In this document: in pieces, positions 1 to 13,200 of the stretch
How positions within the stretch are numbered: position 1 is the stretch's first letter
How the letters are laid out: each line of letters begins with the position of its first letter
The notes under the pieces: generated by a model
Told to the model about the DNA's origin: nothing
What the model saw: only the letters and a program-made list of their open reading frames with translations
The model's database searches: none
Program-made: the position numbers and the translations under genes
Source of the DNA: Zygophlyctis sp. KS116
Lineage: Eukaryota; Fungi; Chytridiomycota
Length of the DNA: 32,000 nucleotides
Assembly (NCBI GenBank): GCA_054661495.1
Contig: BAAFSQ010000004.1
Location: forward strand, 30,001 to 62,000
Reading direction: 5' to 3'

Positions 1-2345
1 GTGATGTGGCGACCGATTTGGATGATTATATATCGGAGGAAATTGAAAAAGCATTGTCTAAAATTTCAAGTGTGGATAAGAGTATTGTGATGAACAATAA
101 TGCAGATAAACTCGCTATCAATTCTTTTTTTCTAGATCTTGAGCAATATCTGGCTAATTTGCCGTATGGAGGCGTTTTCTTCTCTAAAATATCTCATGAA
201 GAGAAGAATTATGAATGGATATATAACATTGGAATGGATATGAGACTAGTATCGTCTAGTAACTTCCCTGCACAAGGTATTCGCCAGCTTTATTTACAAA
301 CCGCTCTTGACAATGGCATACTTCGAAATGGGAACATGTCGAGTTTGGGTGCCGCACAGATTACCCAGGGTTATCGCTCAATGCCAGAAGTAAGAAGCAC
401 TAAAATAGATTTCCCCTTTGATGGACTAATTGGTGGAATTTTATATCCATTGGGTATATCCTTCTTACTTCCTATTTTTGTTGTAACTTTGGTAAGAGAG
501 AAAGAGAGTAGGATTGCAGTCATGATGAAGATGAACGGTTTAAAAACTTCTGTATATTATTTAAGTCACCTATGTATATATTTATCAATCTTCACAAGTT
601 AGTTACCTTTTTGGTCCTATCAGCATTTTCGATGAGTGTTTTCATTATAGCTGGTATCAAATTCAATTTGTCAATGTTTACTCAGACGGATGTATCTGTA
701 ATTATTATAACCATGTTTCTATGGAGTATTGTACAAATATCAATGGCATTTTTCTTTGCTTCACTTTTTAATGGATCCAGAATTGCAAATATCTCTGTTA
801 TACTTACAGTATTATGTTCTGTTATAATATCTTTGGGAATAGATAATCTTTATCCCGATGATCCATTGTCTTATGCTTACTTTTTGTGGCCGCCATTTGC
901 ATTTTATCGTGTTTTGGGTATCATTAATCGTGCATCTTTTAGTATCTCCAAAAGGGTAAATGTTACTTATAACATAAAAGGGGTATACATTTTCCAATAT
1001 TATTTCTGAAAATGAAGCAGCTGTGGCCTTGCAGTTTTTGCTTTTGGATTCCATTATTTATTTGTTGATTGCAGTGTATTTGAATTTAATTCTTCCAAAG
1101 GAGTTTGGAACCAGAAAGCCATGGCATTTCCCAATAACTGATCTCATCAAACGCTATAATAGTAGCAAAATTATCAAAAGTGAAAGATTTGTAAATAATA
1201 TGACTAAACATTAGGAGGATAAAGATTCCGAAAACTATCAGGCAGTGAATATAAATATGGATGAATCTGAACTTAAGTTGGAAGATCAAGATGTTAAGGA
1301 TGAACGTTCGAGCGTAATGAAGAATGAATATAATCCTAACTGTCCGCTGATAATGAAGAGTATGCGCAAAATATATCCTGGCAGAGGTGGTCTTGGACCA
1401 AAATTGGCCGTAAAAGATGTCACATTAGCTGTAGAAAGTGATTTAATTTTTGGGCTCTTAGGACCTAATGGTGCTGGTAAGATTTGAAGAAAAGGTTCTA
1501 ATTATTAAGGCAAAACGACACTGATAAGCATTTTGGTTGGCCTTTATGAAAAATCATCAGGTGAGGCAAAGCTTGCCGGATATGATTTGGAGACACAGTC
1601 TGAATATGTGTACCGTAAAATTGGAGTATGTCCACAGTTTGACATTCTATGGGAGGATCTGACTGTTGAAGAGCATTTATATTTTTACGCAAGATTAAAA
1701 GGAATATCCGCAGCTGACGAAGCCAGTGCCGTCAATGAGTCTCTTAAAAGGGTATCATTGGTTGATTTGCGCAGAAACCTCTCAAAGGCACTTTCAGGTG
1801 GAGAGAAAAGAAGACTTAGTATTGCAATCGCTTTGGTTGGTAATCCCTCTGTCGTATTTCTTGATGAACCCACTACTGGGCTTGATCCTGAAGTCCGACG
1901 ACTTATTTGGAACATTATTAGTGAGGCTAAAAGTGGAAAGAGTATTGTTCTTACCACTCATTCAATGGAAGAAGCAGAGGCTTTGTGCGGTAGGATAGGT
2001 ATTATGGCCAAGGGAACTTTACGATGCCTTGCTAATCCAACCCGCTTGAAGCAGCTGTACGGATCTGGATTCAAACTATTTTTCAATTCTTTGGAAAGTT
2101 CGACTGAAGAAGCATCAAAGTTTATTGAATCTTTACTCCCAGAAGGTTGGACGAAAATAGATGCATTTGCAACCAATGTATCCTATGAATTCCCTGCTGT
2201 AGATGGAACTATAGGATCTCTCTTTGAACAGATTGAACAAGAAAAATCAAAGCATGGGATATTAGATTGGGGGCTTGGACAAACCACGTTAGAGGAAGTC
2301 TTTATTCGTCTTATCGGCGATGAAGATGCGCAAGCTGATTATTAG
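1..2345 (+). CDS. ABCA-subfamily ABC transporter (5' end outside window); TM domain plus C-terminal NBD. Introns 574-602, 956-980, 1191-1214, 1477-1509
   Basis: The spliced product has Walker A GPNGAGKTT (split by the 1477-1509 intron), IGVCPQFDILW, signature LSGGEKRRLSIA, Walker B VVFLDEPTTGLDP, LTTHSMEEAEALC and terminal QTTLEEVF. LVREKES...MKMNGL is typical of ABCA. The frame is open to the window edge. Confidence 0.95.
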
Positions 2346-2365
2346 ACTTGTTTTATTTGAATAAT

Positions 2366-3202
2366 TTATCCAGCTTTAGATACATCTTGAATCAACTTTG
2401 CAAATTTCTTTTGATTTGCCCATTCCTTTGCTTCTTTTGAATGTCTGTGCAAACTTCCGTAAAATTCAGGAGTTCCATCTATTCCTTTGATAAAGTTTAT
2501 ATATCGAGAACCTCCAGGATGCTCTTTTTCAAACCCACTGATATCTAAAATTTCCCCAGATATTATTGTAAAAGATTTTTTTGGATGATCCTCTTTCAAC
2601 TGATTAAATTCATCCATAGTATAAGTTGGATTTGGTTTAACCAAAATCTCTTTTATCTGAATAGATTCTACTCCATCTTTAAATGCTTTCTTTTCATTCC
2701 CATATTGAACAGTCGCAAGTCCGAAACATGTAGCGATCCAAATACAAAACTTGTCAAAATCATAATCTTTCCCTCCGTCATAATAATTACCATTTTTGAG
2801 CAGTTTGCATTCAGAAAAACTCTTAAAGCCCAATGTCCAAAGGTAACTAAAGAATTGCGGCACCAAAATTCCATAAAATGTACATTCGAAAATATTATTG
2901 ATAACGTATCCAATCATAATTGGCAATCCCATTAAAACACAGCATATTAGCCCATAATTCTCATGTTGCCAATTCATTACTGGATCTTTGTCATCTGTTG
3001 ATTTACCATGAATATGCATCCATTCTTTGATTGATCCTTTTAAACATGAAGCACCACACACTGCTAAAAATACTCTCAGGCTATAATTTGCCACATACGA
3101 CTCTTGATACCATAGTCTATAATAGCCCATATTTATTCCCAGTTGCATACTTGACCAAACGACCATTGCCAAATAATAATATCGAAAAATAACCAGACTC
3201 AT
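2366..3202 (-). CDS. Degenerate OLE1/delta-9 desaturase-like membrane protein with C-terminal cytochrome b5 domain (His boxes lost)
   Basis: The C-terminal EHPGG...DGTPEFYGSLHRHS is a b5 heme domain of OLE1 type. The N-terminal GINMGYYRLWYQESY...LRVFLA...GSIKEW, KDPVMNWQH and YDFDKFCIWIATCFGLA follow OLE1 blocks but lack the catalytic His clusters. Intronless 278-aa ORF. Confidence 0.75.
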   Translation of the reverse strand: MSLVIFRYYYLAMVVWSSMQLGINMGYYRLWYQESYVANYSLRVFLAVCGASCLKGSIKEWMHIHGKSTDDKDPVMNWQHENYGLICCVLMGLPIMIGYVINNIFECTFYGILVPQFFSYLWTLGFKSFSECKLLKNGNYYDGGKDYDFDKFCIWIATCFGLATVQYGNEKKAFKDGVESIQIKEILVKPNPTYTMDEFNQLKEDHPKKSFTIISGEILDISGFEKEHPGGSRYINFIKGIDGTPEFYGSLHRHSKEAKEWANQKKFAKLIQDVSKAG

Positions 3203-3329
3203 AGTATTATTGTAAAACGTTTCGTCCGATCAGCGATTCAGCGTGAGCGTTCGGACTTGCGATAAGGTTACCATTTTCAGTTTCAGTTGACAGATCTCAG
3301 AGACCTCTGTGATCGGACACTCGTTTTTA

Positions 3330-4715
3330 ATGTCTGATATATCTTTGTAAGATCTTAATTTTAATCGGTCTAATGACAAGATATGATAGATTCCAGTCAA
3401 TCATCTTTGATGCAAACTTCATTGCAGAGTTGAGCAAATCTATTCCTTATCCTACTGTTCCGAATGAGCGCTGTGGATCTTGGTATTTGAAGAATATTGA
3501 TGATGCAATCGCTAGAGTATATTTCAAATCTACCGATGGGCATTATGGGAAATGGTCGTTTAATAAGAGGAGAATGAATCTTTGGATTATAGAAATTATT
3601 ATAAAGCACAAGGGAGTTATAATTGTTGATTCTACTCAAAGAGGGAAAAAAATTCCAGATGCTCTATCAAAAACTATTCCTATTTGGTGTTGTGTCATCA
3701 ATAGATACAGAATGATGATTGATGAGGGAAAGATGACTAGTTTTGATGGGGATTTGTATACTCCTCCTGGTGTAGTTTCAAGATCTGAACATGATCAAAT
3801 TTCTAAATTGATTCCTGGGTTTTTAGAAGAATTAATGGAAATCAAGATAAAATCAGACTGGCTTATGAAATTAGATAAACCGTTAAGAGCTATTTGGATT
3901 ACTCCAGAATCAAGAATTATCGATAATTGGAAAGATTTTCCATTCTATCCTATAGTATGTGTTACAGCATCTGGAGATTATACTAGTAATTTATTTAATT
4001 ATATTAAAGGTGCTGCTGATGATCAAGAGTCATGGGGAAATGTAAGTACTTATAGTTAATTTTAGGGACTCACGGCAGAAATGTTTTGGAAAAATAAGGA
4101 TGATCTTTTACAAGTTTCAACAGATGGATTTCACTCTAATGAATTGATAAACGAGATATTTTTCAATTCTAAAGTTGAAAATTGTGAATTTAGTGAAGTA
4201 GGGAAAACTGGGATTTTTATAGGGAATTTTTTAGCTGGAAGGCCACCTCAATGTTGGAAATTATTTGATGTTGTTGTTAATTGTTCAGATGAAGAGTTTG
4301 AATCTATGGAATCTCTCTCATATATTTTTTTAAACATACCAAAAGGCAAAAAGGGCGGATCAAAGTTTTTGAATTCTATTTCTAAACTATTAAGTTTTAT
4401 TAAACCATTCATTATTAAAAAGCAAAAAATTCTTGTGCACAGCAAGCACGGTAATCATTATTTATTAAGTAGATAGGTTCTGATAGGGCCGTTGGTACTC
4501 TAATCTGCATTCTTTTATGTTACTTTCCTAATCTTTTTACTTTTCCTATAACAAAGGCATCCATAATGGAAATCATTTTGCTTATCCAATCAGATTGGGC
4601 AGTCGCAAATCCTTCAAGGTCTACACTTAAAAAAATAACCACGTATTTCCTTTCTCATAGTCAAACCCAATCAGGAATTTTAAATCAGGAATTAAAAGTA
4701 AACGATTCTTATTAG
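3330..4715 (+). CDS. RIT1: tRNA A64-2'-O-ribosylphosphate transferase (initiator tRNA phosphoribosyltransferase). Introns 3347-3380, 4042-4065, 4451-4476
   Basis: Motifs NERCGSWY, YFKSTDGHYGKWSFNKRRMN, IIVDSTQRGKKIPDALSKTIPIWCCVIN, YIKGAADDQESW(GN)GLT and C-terminal ANPSRSTLKK. The spliced N-terminus reads MSDISLYDRFQSI. Confidence 0.93.
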
Positions 4716-6203
4716 CGTTGTGAAAATCGACAGAGAAATGGTGCGTCCATAGGAAGCGTTAGACTATCTTTGTACGAAATTTTCTGATTAGGTAGCGCTT
4801 CAATATTGTACTTTTGATAGAGAGAGACTAGAACAAATACCGCTTCAAGTTCAGCCAAAGTTTTTCCTAGACACATTCTTGGACCAGCATGGAAAACAGG
4901 ATATTCAAATGCAGAATATACTCTTGATGAATCAAGCCATCTGTCTGGATTAAATATTTTTGCATCTTGACCCCAAATAGATTCATATCTACCCATTGCA
5001 TAAGCACACCAAGTAATGTATGATCCTTTCTTTACAAACGTCCCATCTGGAAGAGTTTCATCTGAAATTACTTTTCGTGAATTCATAGGAACAGAGGGAT
5101 GAAATCTAAGAGCTTCTAGAAAAATCGCTTTTGCATATTTCAAGTCCTTTACTTGTTCGTATGTCGGCTCCTTTCCGCCTATTTTTTCTTTTATTTCCTT
5201 TAATAGCTTTTCTTGTACATTCGGATATTTTGAAATTTCACTAATTCTTAATTGAAAAATAAACTTACTAAATTGACCAAGATAATGCTTGAGCTGTTGT
5301 ATCTCTCCCAGCAATTATAAAGTTCAGCATAAAATCACATAAAAGCTCGTCAGGAAAAGGCTGTTCATTTGCGTCTTTAGCTTTCATAAAGAGAGTCAAT
5401 AGATCTGATCTTGAATTATCCTGAATATCACCTTCTTGCCTTCTTTTCTCAATGATATCTAAAGCAAAACTTCTTAATGTCTTGATGTCCTTCAACATTT
5501 GATTACGCTTCCAAAAAAATATCAGTTCCTCAAATTTCCATGTCGAAGAATGAAATCTATAACACATTGCTGATTGACATCTCTCTAAACTTTTACCTAA
5601 CGGAATATCCCTATTTAAACAGTTTAGATCCGTACCAAACCCAAGTTTACCAAAAACATCCAATGTGAACTTGTAAAACATATCATGCACATCAATTGGA
5701 TCTTTAACATGGTTTAGTATTGAAATTAAATCATGCATTTCCTCTGTAAAGACTGTTCCTACAAACTCCCTAAAGTTTTTAACTGAAAAGATATTAGAAG
5801 CAAGTTTCCTTTGAAAATACCATTCATGACCATCTACAACAAATATTCCTTTTCCCAGGACATCTTTGAGACGATCGCTTACATAATCCCCCTTCACAAA
5901 ACTATCGAATTTAGATTTCAAAATAAACTCGATATTTTTGGGATCATGAGTCTGAATGAAAGGTGGGCAGAATGGCATCACAAATGCATACGTCCTTGAT
6001 CCTTGTTTTACATACATATCATACGATAGATCATAAATCCTCTTGTAATTCTTCCAAACAACAAACAAATGTCCAATAAATGGAATGAAGAAAGGGCCAA
6101 TTGGAGTAGAAGCATGCGGATGAAAAGGCATTCCTACCGCTTTGTTTCTGTAGTAGAATAAAGCAAGAATTAAAACTGCGATAACTTGCCACATCTCAAA
6201 CAT
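4712..6203 (-). CDS. Cytochrome P450, fatty-acid omega-hydroxylase-like (CYP86/94/704- or CYP52-clan-like), copy 1. Intron 5241-5268
   Basis: N-terminal TM anchor, DVLGKGIFVVDG, I-helix FIIAGRDTTAQALSW, ExxR (EALR), FNPDRW and heme motif FHAGPRMCLG. Confidence 0.93.
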
Positions 6204-6317
6204 TTCTAATTTCTCCTCCACACATTTCCATGTCCCAGTAGCAATTGTGTGCACGATCGGACATAATCAGACTTACAAATCATTTTATTCGAGACGAATC
6301 TTAACAACTTTTTCAAG

Positions 6318-7868
6318 TTAAAGAGAATCTCTTGGCTTGAAATTACATAAAAATGGCTTGTTCATGGGAAGAGTAAGACTGTTCCCATATGATACAGATT
6401 GATTAGGGATTGCAGAAATCTGATACTTTTGATAAAGAGACACTAACACAAATACTCCTTCTAGTTCAGCCAAGTTCTTTCCTAGGCACATTCTGGGTCC
6501 TGCATGGAAAGCAGGATATTCAAAAGAAGAAGGCGTCTTTGTATTTATCCACCGATCAGGGTTAAATTCTCTTGCAGTAGGTCCCCAGATTGAAGTACTT
6601 CGACCCATAACATATGGTGACCAGGCAATTACGGAGCCTTTTGGTACTACTGTTCCATCTGGTAAAACTTCATCAACAGCGGCCTCTTTTACATTTTTTG
6701 GAACTGATGGATGTAATCGAAGTGTTTCACTAAAGATTGCGTTTGCATATTTCAGTTCCTTGACTTGATCATAATTTGGAGAATTTGACCCAATAGAATC
6801 TTTAATTTCTAAAAGTAATTTCTCTTGAACAATAGGATTCTGAGATATTTCACTAGTTTTTTAAAACATATAGAACCTTTACAGGATTGCCCAAGATAAT
6901 GCCTGTGCAGTCGTATCACGCCCAGCAATTATAAAATTCAATATAAAATCACACAAAAGTTCATTAGAAAATGGGTTTCCTTCTGCATCTTTCCCTTTCA
7001 TAAACAGAGTTAAGAGATCAGCTCTGACACTATTTTCTATTTCTCCTTCTGCACGTCTTTTTTTAATCAAGTCCAGGCCAAATTCACGAATCGTCTTTAT
7101 ATCTTTTCTCAGCTGTATTTTTTTCCAAAAAAATATAGTTTCTTCAATCTTCCATAACGGAGACCAAAATCTAAAATCCATTGTCGCTTGACAACGATCA
7201 AAAGCCACTGCAAATGGAACCGACTGATTTGCCATACAATTCAATTCTGTTCCGAATCCAATCTTTGCAAAACTGTCCAAAGTAAATCGATAAAATAAAT
7301 CATGAATATCGATTGGAGTTGACAGTGACTTATTTACCTTTAAGAAAAATGAGTCCATTTCCTCTATAAATACTGTTCCTACAAACTCTCTAAAGTTTTT
7401 AACTGAAAAGATATTTGCAGCAGTTTTTCTTTGAAAACGCCAAGAATGTCCATCTACAGTAAATATCCCATTCCCTAGAATATCTTTCAAACGATCATAA
7501 ACATATCTTCCTTTTACAAAGCTTTCAAACTTTGTTTTCAGAACATATTCAATATTTTTTGGATCGTGAGTTAATATGAATGGTGGAGAAAATGGTAAAA
7601 GAAACCATCCGGTTGCGCCTTTATTTTCGTCAAACATTTTTACCAAGATATCCAGAATACTCTTATAGTTTGTTAATGATACATATAAATGTCCTAAAAC
7701 AGGAACAAAGAACGGTGCTCTAGAACTTAAAACAATTGTATAATACACTTGTAATCCAGCGTGAGGATTAATTGCACTTCCGATAGCCTTTCTTCTATGA
7801 TTAAGGAAAATCCAAAAAACGATTATAACGGCGACTACTATTCCTTGCTCTAACGATACATTGATCAT
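6318..7868 (-). CDS. Cytochrome P450, tandem paralogue (copy 2). Introns 6853-6882 and 7720-7746
   Basis: Same motifs as copy 1 (AGRDTTAQALSW, ETLR, FNPDRW, FHAGPRMCLG). It shares the intron position after ALSWxI with copy 1. Confidence 0.93.
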
Positions 7869-8082
7869 TGTGCTTCTGCAAAGAGGTCAAGGTGGTAAAT
7901 TGATAGTGTCATTGGTATGATGTTGCATTAAACGATCAGCATAGATTTAATCCGATCGGAAATATGATTCATAATCTCAAACAATCATTAATGTTTCAAA
8001 CATGAATAAGGATCTGCATCGAGAATTTTCAAATTATGAAACGGTAGTTGCTAATTTTCCAAAATCTGATACAATCCTATCA

Positions 8083-8628
8083 ATGATTTTTGCCATAATT
8101 CTCTTCTCTTTGGTTTGTGCTGCATTCAATCCAGACTATTTGATCAACACCGTAATCAAGGATTTAACAGGCCTTGTTCATACAGCAATGGTTAGCGAAA
8201 TACAAACATGGCCAGTTGATCAGTACAAATTGATTAAAGATCAAGTACCTGCAATCGAAGATAGTTTTTCTAATCAAACAAGTGTTATTTTAAAATACAG
8301 ATCAAAGCAATATGTTGAAACTTTAAATGGAACTTTGGATCAGTCGGAAATTATGGTTACAATAACTCTCGAAGATATTGCGAATCGTTATCTTCAAATT
8401 ATTGCATCTCCTGATAATATTCCAGACTCTCCTTTTATGAGTTATGGTGTAATGAATCAACTTGAACTGATTGAATTGGGGTCCTCAAAGTTTGAAGAAG
8501 AAACAGATGTCAGAGTCAAGGTGGGTCTACCCACTTATGATGAAATCAAGGAAAAAGGAATTGTTCCACTCAAATGGTATTTTACTAAAATTTCGAAATT
8601 TAATAGTACCACGGCCTCAATGTTTTAG
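8083..8628 (+). CDS. Hypothetical secreted protein (~181 aa; upstream in-frame ATG at 8002 possible)
   Basis: Intronless ORF. MIFAIILFSLVCAA from ATG 8083 looks like a signal peptide. No recognised domain. Confidence 0.6.
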   Translation: MIFAIILFSLVCAAFNPDYLINTVIKDLTGLVHTAMVSEIQTWPVDQYKLIKDQVPAIEDSFSNQTSVILKYRSKQYVETLNGTLDQSEIMVTITLEDIANRYLQIIASPDNIPDSPFMSYGVMNQLELIELGSSKFEEETDVRVKVGLPTYDEIKEKGIVPLKWYFTKISKFNSTTASMF

Positions 8629-8697
8629 CCTCAATCAAATAGTTGCTGGTCTGAATTTTGATAATAATAAAACTAATCAGGTTTATTAAAATTCATT

Positions 8698-9981
<1,284 letters not shown>

Positions 9982-10289
9982 TTAAGTGTTTCATTCTGAT
10001 TAATGTCTAATTGTACTTGCAACAACATTCCATTTATTGCCAGGAATCATGTTTGGTTATTTTTTTGCAAACAGCAATTTCGAAAATGACCGTTGATAGA
10101 TGTGTCCGATTTTATAAAAAATCATGTTTTAGAGTCGAAACGTACATTCTTGGAAACGTTGGTAGCAAGGGGTTTTCATGACTTTGCATCACATTATTTT
10201 GCAAGCATTAATAGTTAACAAATAAAGTCTCTTTAAGCAGAAATTCAAAGATTTGAAATCAAATTTTTTAGGTTTTGCAAGAAAAAAAA

Positions 10290-13200
10290 ATGGCAGAGTT
10301 GATTCAATTATTAAGTGCTCTCCAATCAATTAACAATGAGACTCGATCATCTGCTGAAAAAGCATTGGAATCCCTTTGTACTCCTGAAAATGCGCCAAAT
10401 CTATTGATCAATCTTTCCTTGTTTTGTTCGCCTACATCTGATACAAATGAATTGCGATCTTTTGCTGCGATTTTAATTAAACGACTGGGACTTATGACGA
10501 TAAAAGATTCTGAGCTGTCATTATTAAGTACACTATCTATAGATCAAATCATGGCAGTGAAAAATAATCTAACCAGTGCAGTCATGCAGGATAGCATATC
10601 TTCCTCAAGACAGAAAATAGGTTATGCAATTGCAGAGCTATTCAAATACTTTAATTCAGTTAATGTTCCTTGGGATGTCTCTGATTGCTTAAGGGCTATG
10701 ATTACACATCAAGATTCCGGATTAAGAGAAACTGCATTTCTAATTATTAATGCTGCTCCGATTATCTTGGAAGAAATGACTGGTCATCAGGTGGAAGGAA
10801 TTGGAAAATGTCTTTTTAGTGGACTTAAGGATGAGTCTTTGGATGTTCGAATATCGGCATTGGAGGCAACAGCATCATTATTAATTAATACTGAAACTAA
10901 TACTACAAGAGAAGGATTAAAGTCTATTGTTTCTGAAATGATGGCAGTACTTCCAGTAGTATTAAATGCAGGCAATAGAGAAGATGCATTTGTTGATTGT
11001 CTATCAGTGTTGATAGAAGTTGCTGAATCTTATCCAAAGTTGTTTAGATCTGTTTTAGATCAAGCTCTGCCATTTATGTTGGAAATAATGAAAAATAATG
11101 AAATGGATGATTCCGTTAAGCAGAGTTGTTTGGAATTTTTAATGACGATTATGGAGCAAGTACCAGGTATGATGAAAAAGCAGCAGCATTTTGTTCCAAC
11201 AATTCTTCCGATTCTTTTAAATTGGATGGAAGATGTTGAAGACGATCCGAGTTGGTATACGACAGATGATGTATTAAAATATTTATGTAATTCAAAGGTT
11301 GATGATCAAGATAATGACTTGAATCCTATTGTGGCTGAACAGGCTCTAGATAGGATTGCTCTGGCAATGAAAGGAACTGTCGTACTTCCAATCGCTTTTT
11401 CTATTATTCCTGGAATGCTCTCTTCTGCCGAATGGCAAAAAAGACATGCTGCACTTAAAGCAATTTCAGCTATTGGTGAAGGATGTTTCAAAATAATGAA
11501 GATGGAATTAGAAAAAATTCTCAGGTAATTATTAATGATTCTTAAAATCAAGTGTTGTTATTCCTCACCTTGCTGATCCTCATCCTCGCGTGCGACACGC
11601 TGCATGCAATGCTATTGGTCAAATGTGTACAGATTTTAGTCCCACTATAGAACAAAAATTCCACAATATTATAGTTCCCGCACTTGTAGGTGTTATGGAT
11701 GATGTCCAGTTTCCTAGGTAATGCTCTAATTTAATTAATATATTAGAGTTCAGGCATACGGAGCTGCTGCGATTGTAAATTTTTCGGAAAATGCAAAAAA
11801 GCATCATATTTCTCCATATTTAGATATGATATTTCAGCGTCTTTTGATTTTGCTAAATACTGGAAAACGATATGTGCAGGAACAGGCTATTACGTCAATT
11901 GCCACTGTTGCAGACTCTGCTGGCGATCATTTTGTCAAGTACTATTCTTCCATTATGCCATTATTGATGAATATCCTTCGTCAGGCGACCCAAAAGGAAT
12001 TTCGTTTGCTAAGGGGAAAGACATTGGAATGTGCCACCTTAATTGCATTAGCTGTAGGAAAGGCCGTTTTTTCTCCAGACGCACCTCAATTCATCGAAAT
12101 TATGAAGTCAATTCAGGCTTCCGTCAGTGATAATGATGATCCACAATCATCGTATTTGTTATCTGCCTGGGCAAGAATTTGTAAAGTCTTGGGCCATGAC
12201 TTTGCTCCATTTTTGGATCAAGTTCTGCCTCCACTTTTTGCATCAGCAGAAATAAAGCCAGACTTTGCTGTTTTCGAGGGTAACACACTTTATGAATTTT
12301 AATTCTTAGAAGACGATCAAATAGACACTGATAAGTATAACGAGGATGAAGGATGGGAATTTGTTAGTGTTGAGGGACAAAGAGTAGGCATTAAGACTAG
12401 TATTCTAGAAGATAAATGCACTGCAGTTGAAATGTTGATTTGTTATGCGCAAGAAATGGGTGCAGATTTCCATCCCTATGTTCAAAAGGTTTTAGGAATC
12501 GTTGTTCCTCTTTTGAAATTTTATTTTCATGACGGAGTTCGGTTTGCTTCTGCATCAGTGATACCTTTTCTATTCAAATCTTGGGTGGATGCAAAAGTTC
12601 GTAAGAATATTTAAAGGCTCACATTTAGCAAGGGAAACTATATTGGCCACTTGGCAAGATGTTTGTGACAAAATGTTAAACGTGATTATTGCGGAACCTG
12701 ATGTTACATTTATAGCACACTTGCTAGAGTCTGTTCATGAAGTATATTTCCATTTAAAATAACTTAACTAGACTATATCTAATTTGGGGAAATACTGCAT
12801 GACAAATGAGTTAACGCAGAAATGTATTTCTGCTCTGCAAAACCAAGTCAATGAATACATGTCAAGATCTAACGAGCGTGAAGGTATGGAATTTTTTTTG
12901 TCGGTGATGATTTTCAGATTGGATTCAGAGCTTTACTTAAACATGCGTCTTTCACCAGACCGGTTTCTTTTTTTAAAGATCTGTAAATGCTATGACCTAA
13001 CTTAACACTTGATCTGAGACATTTTCATCATTAAATGCTAACTTTGTAGGAAAAAGGAAAAATTCAGAATATGAACCGGAAGATGATCAAGGAGATGAAG
13101 AGGAAGACGCAGATGAAGAGCTGATGAGCCAGGTAAGAATATTGATTGTATAAAAAACAAGTTATCTAGAATCATCCATGAACTCTTGAAGTCTCAAGAT

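Noticed and set aside
4430-4495. Cys-to-Ser change in the phosphatase-like loop of RIT1 (HSKHGSDRA)
   Set aside because: The Rit1 C-terminal DUSP-like domain is commonly degenerate, so this is not distinctive without an alignment.
12940-12970. U5 snRNA loop-like GCGTCTTTCACCAGA in the long intron
   Set aside because: It does not match the invariant GCCUUUUAC loop and has no flanking U5 stem. The C/D box model fits better.
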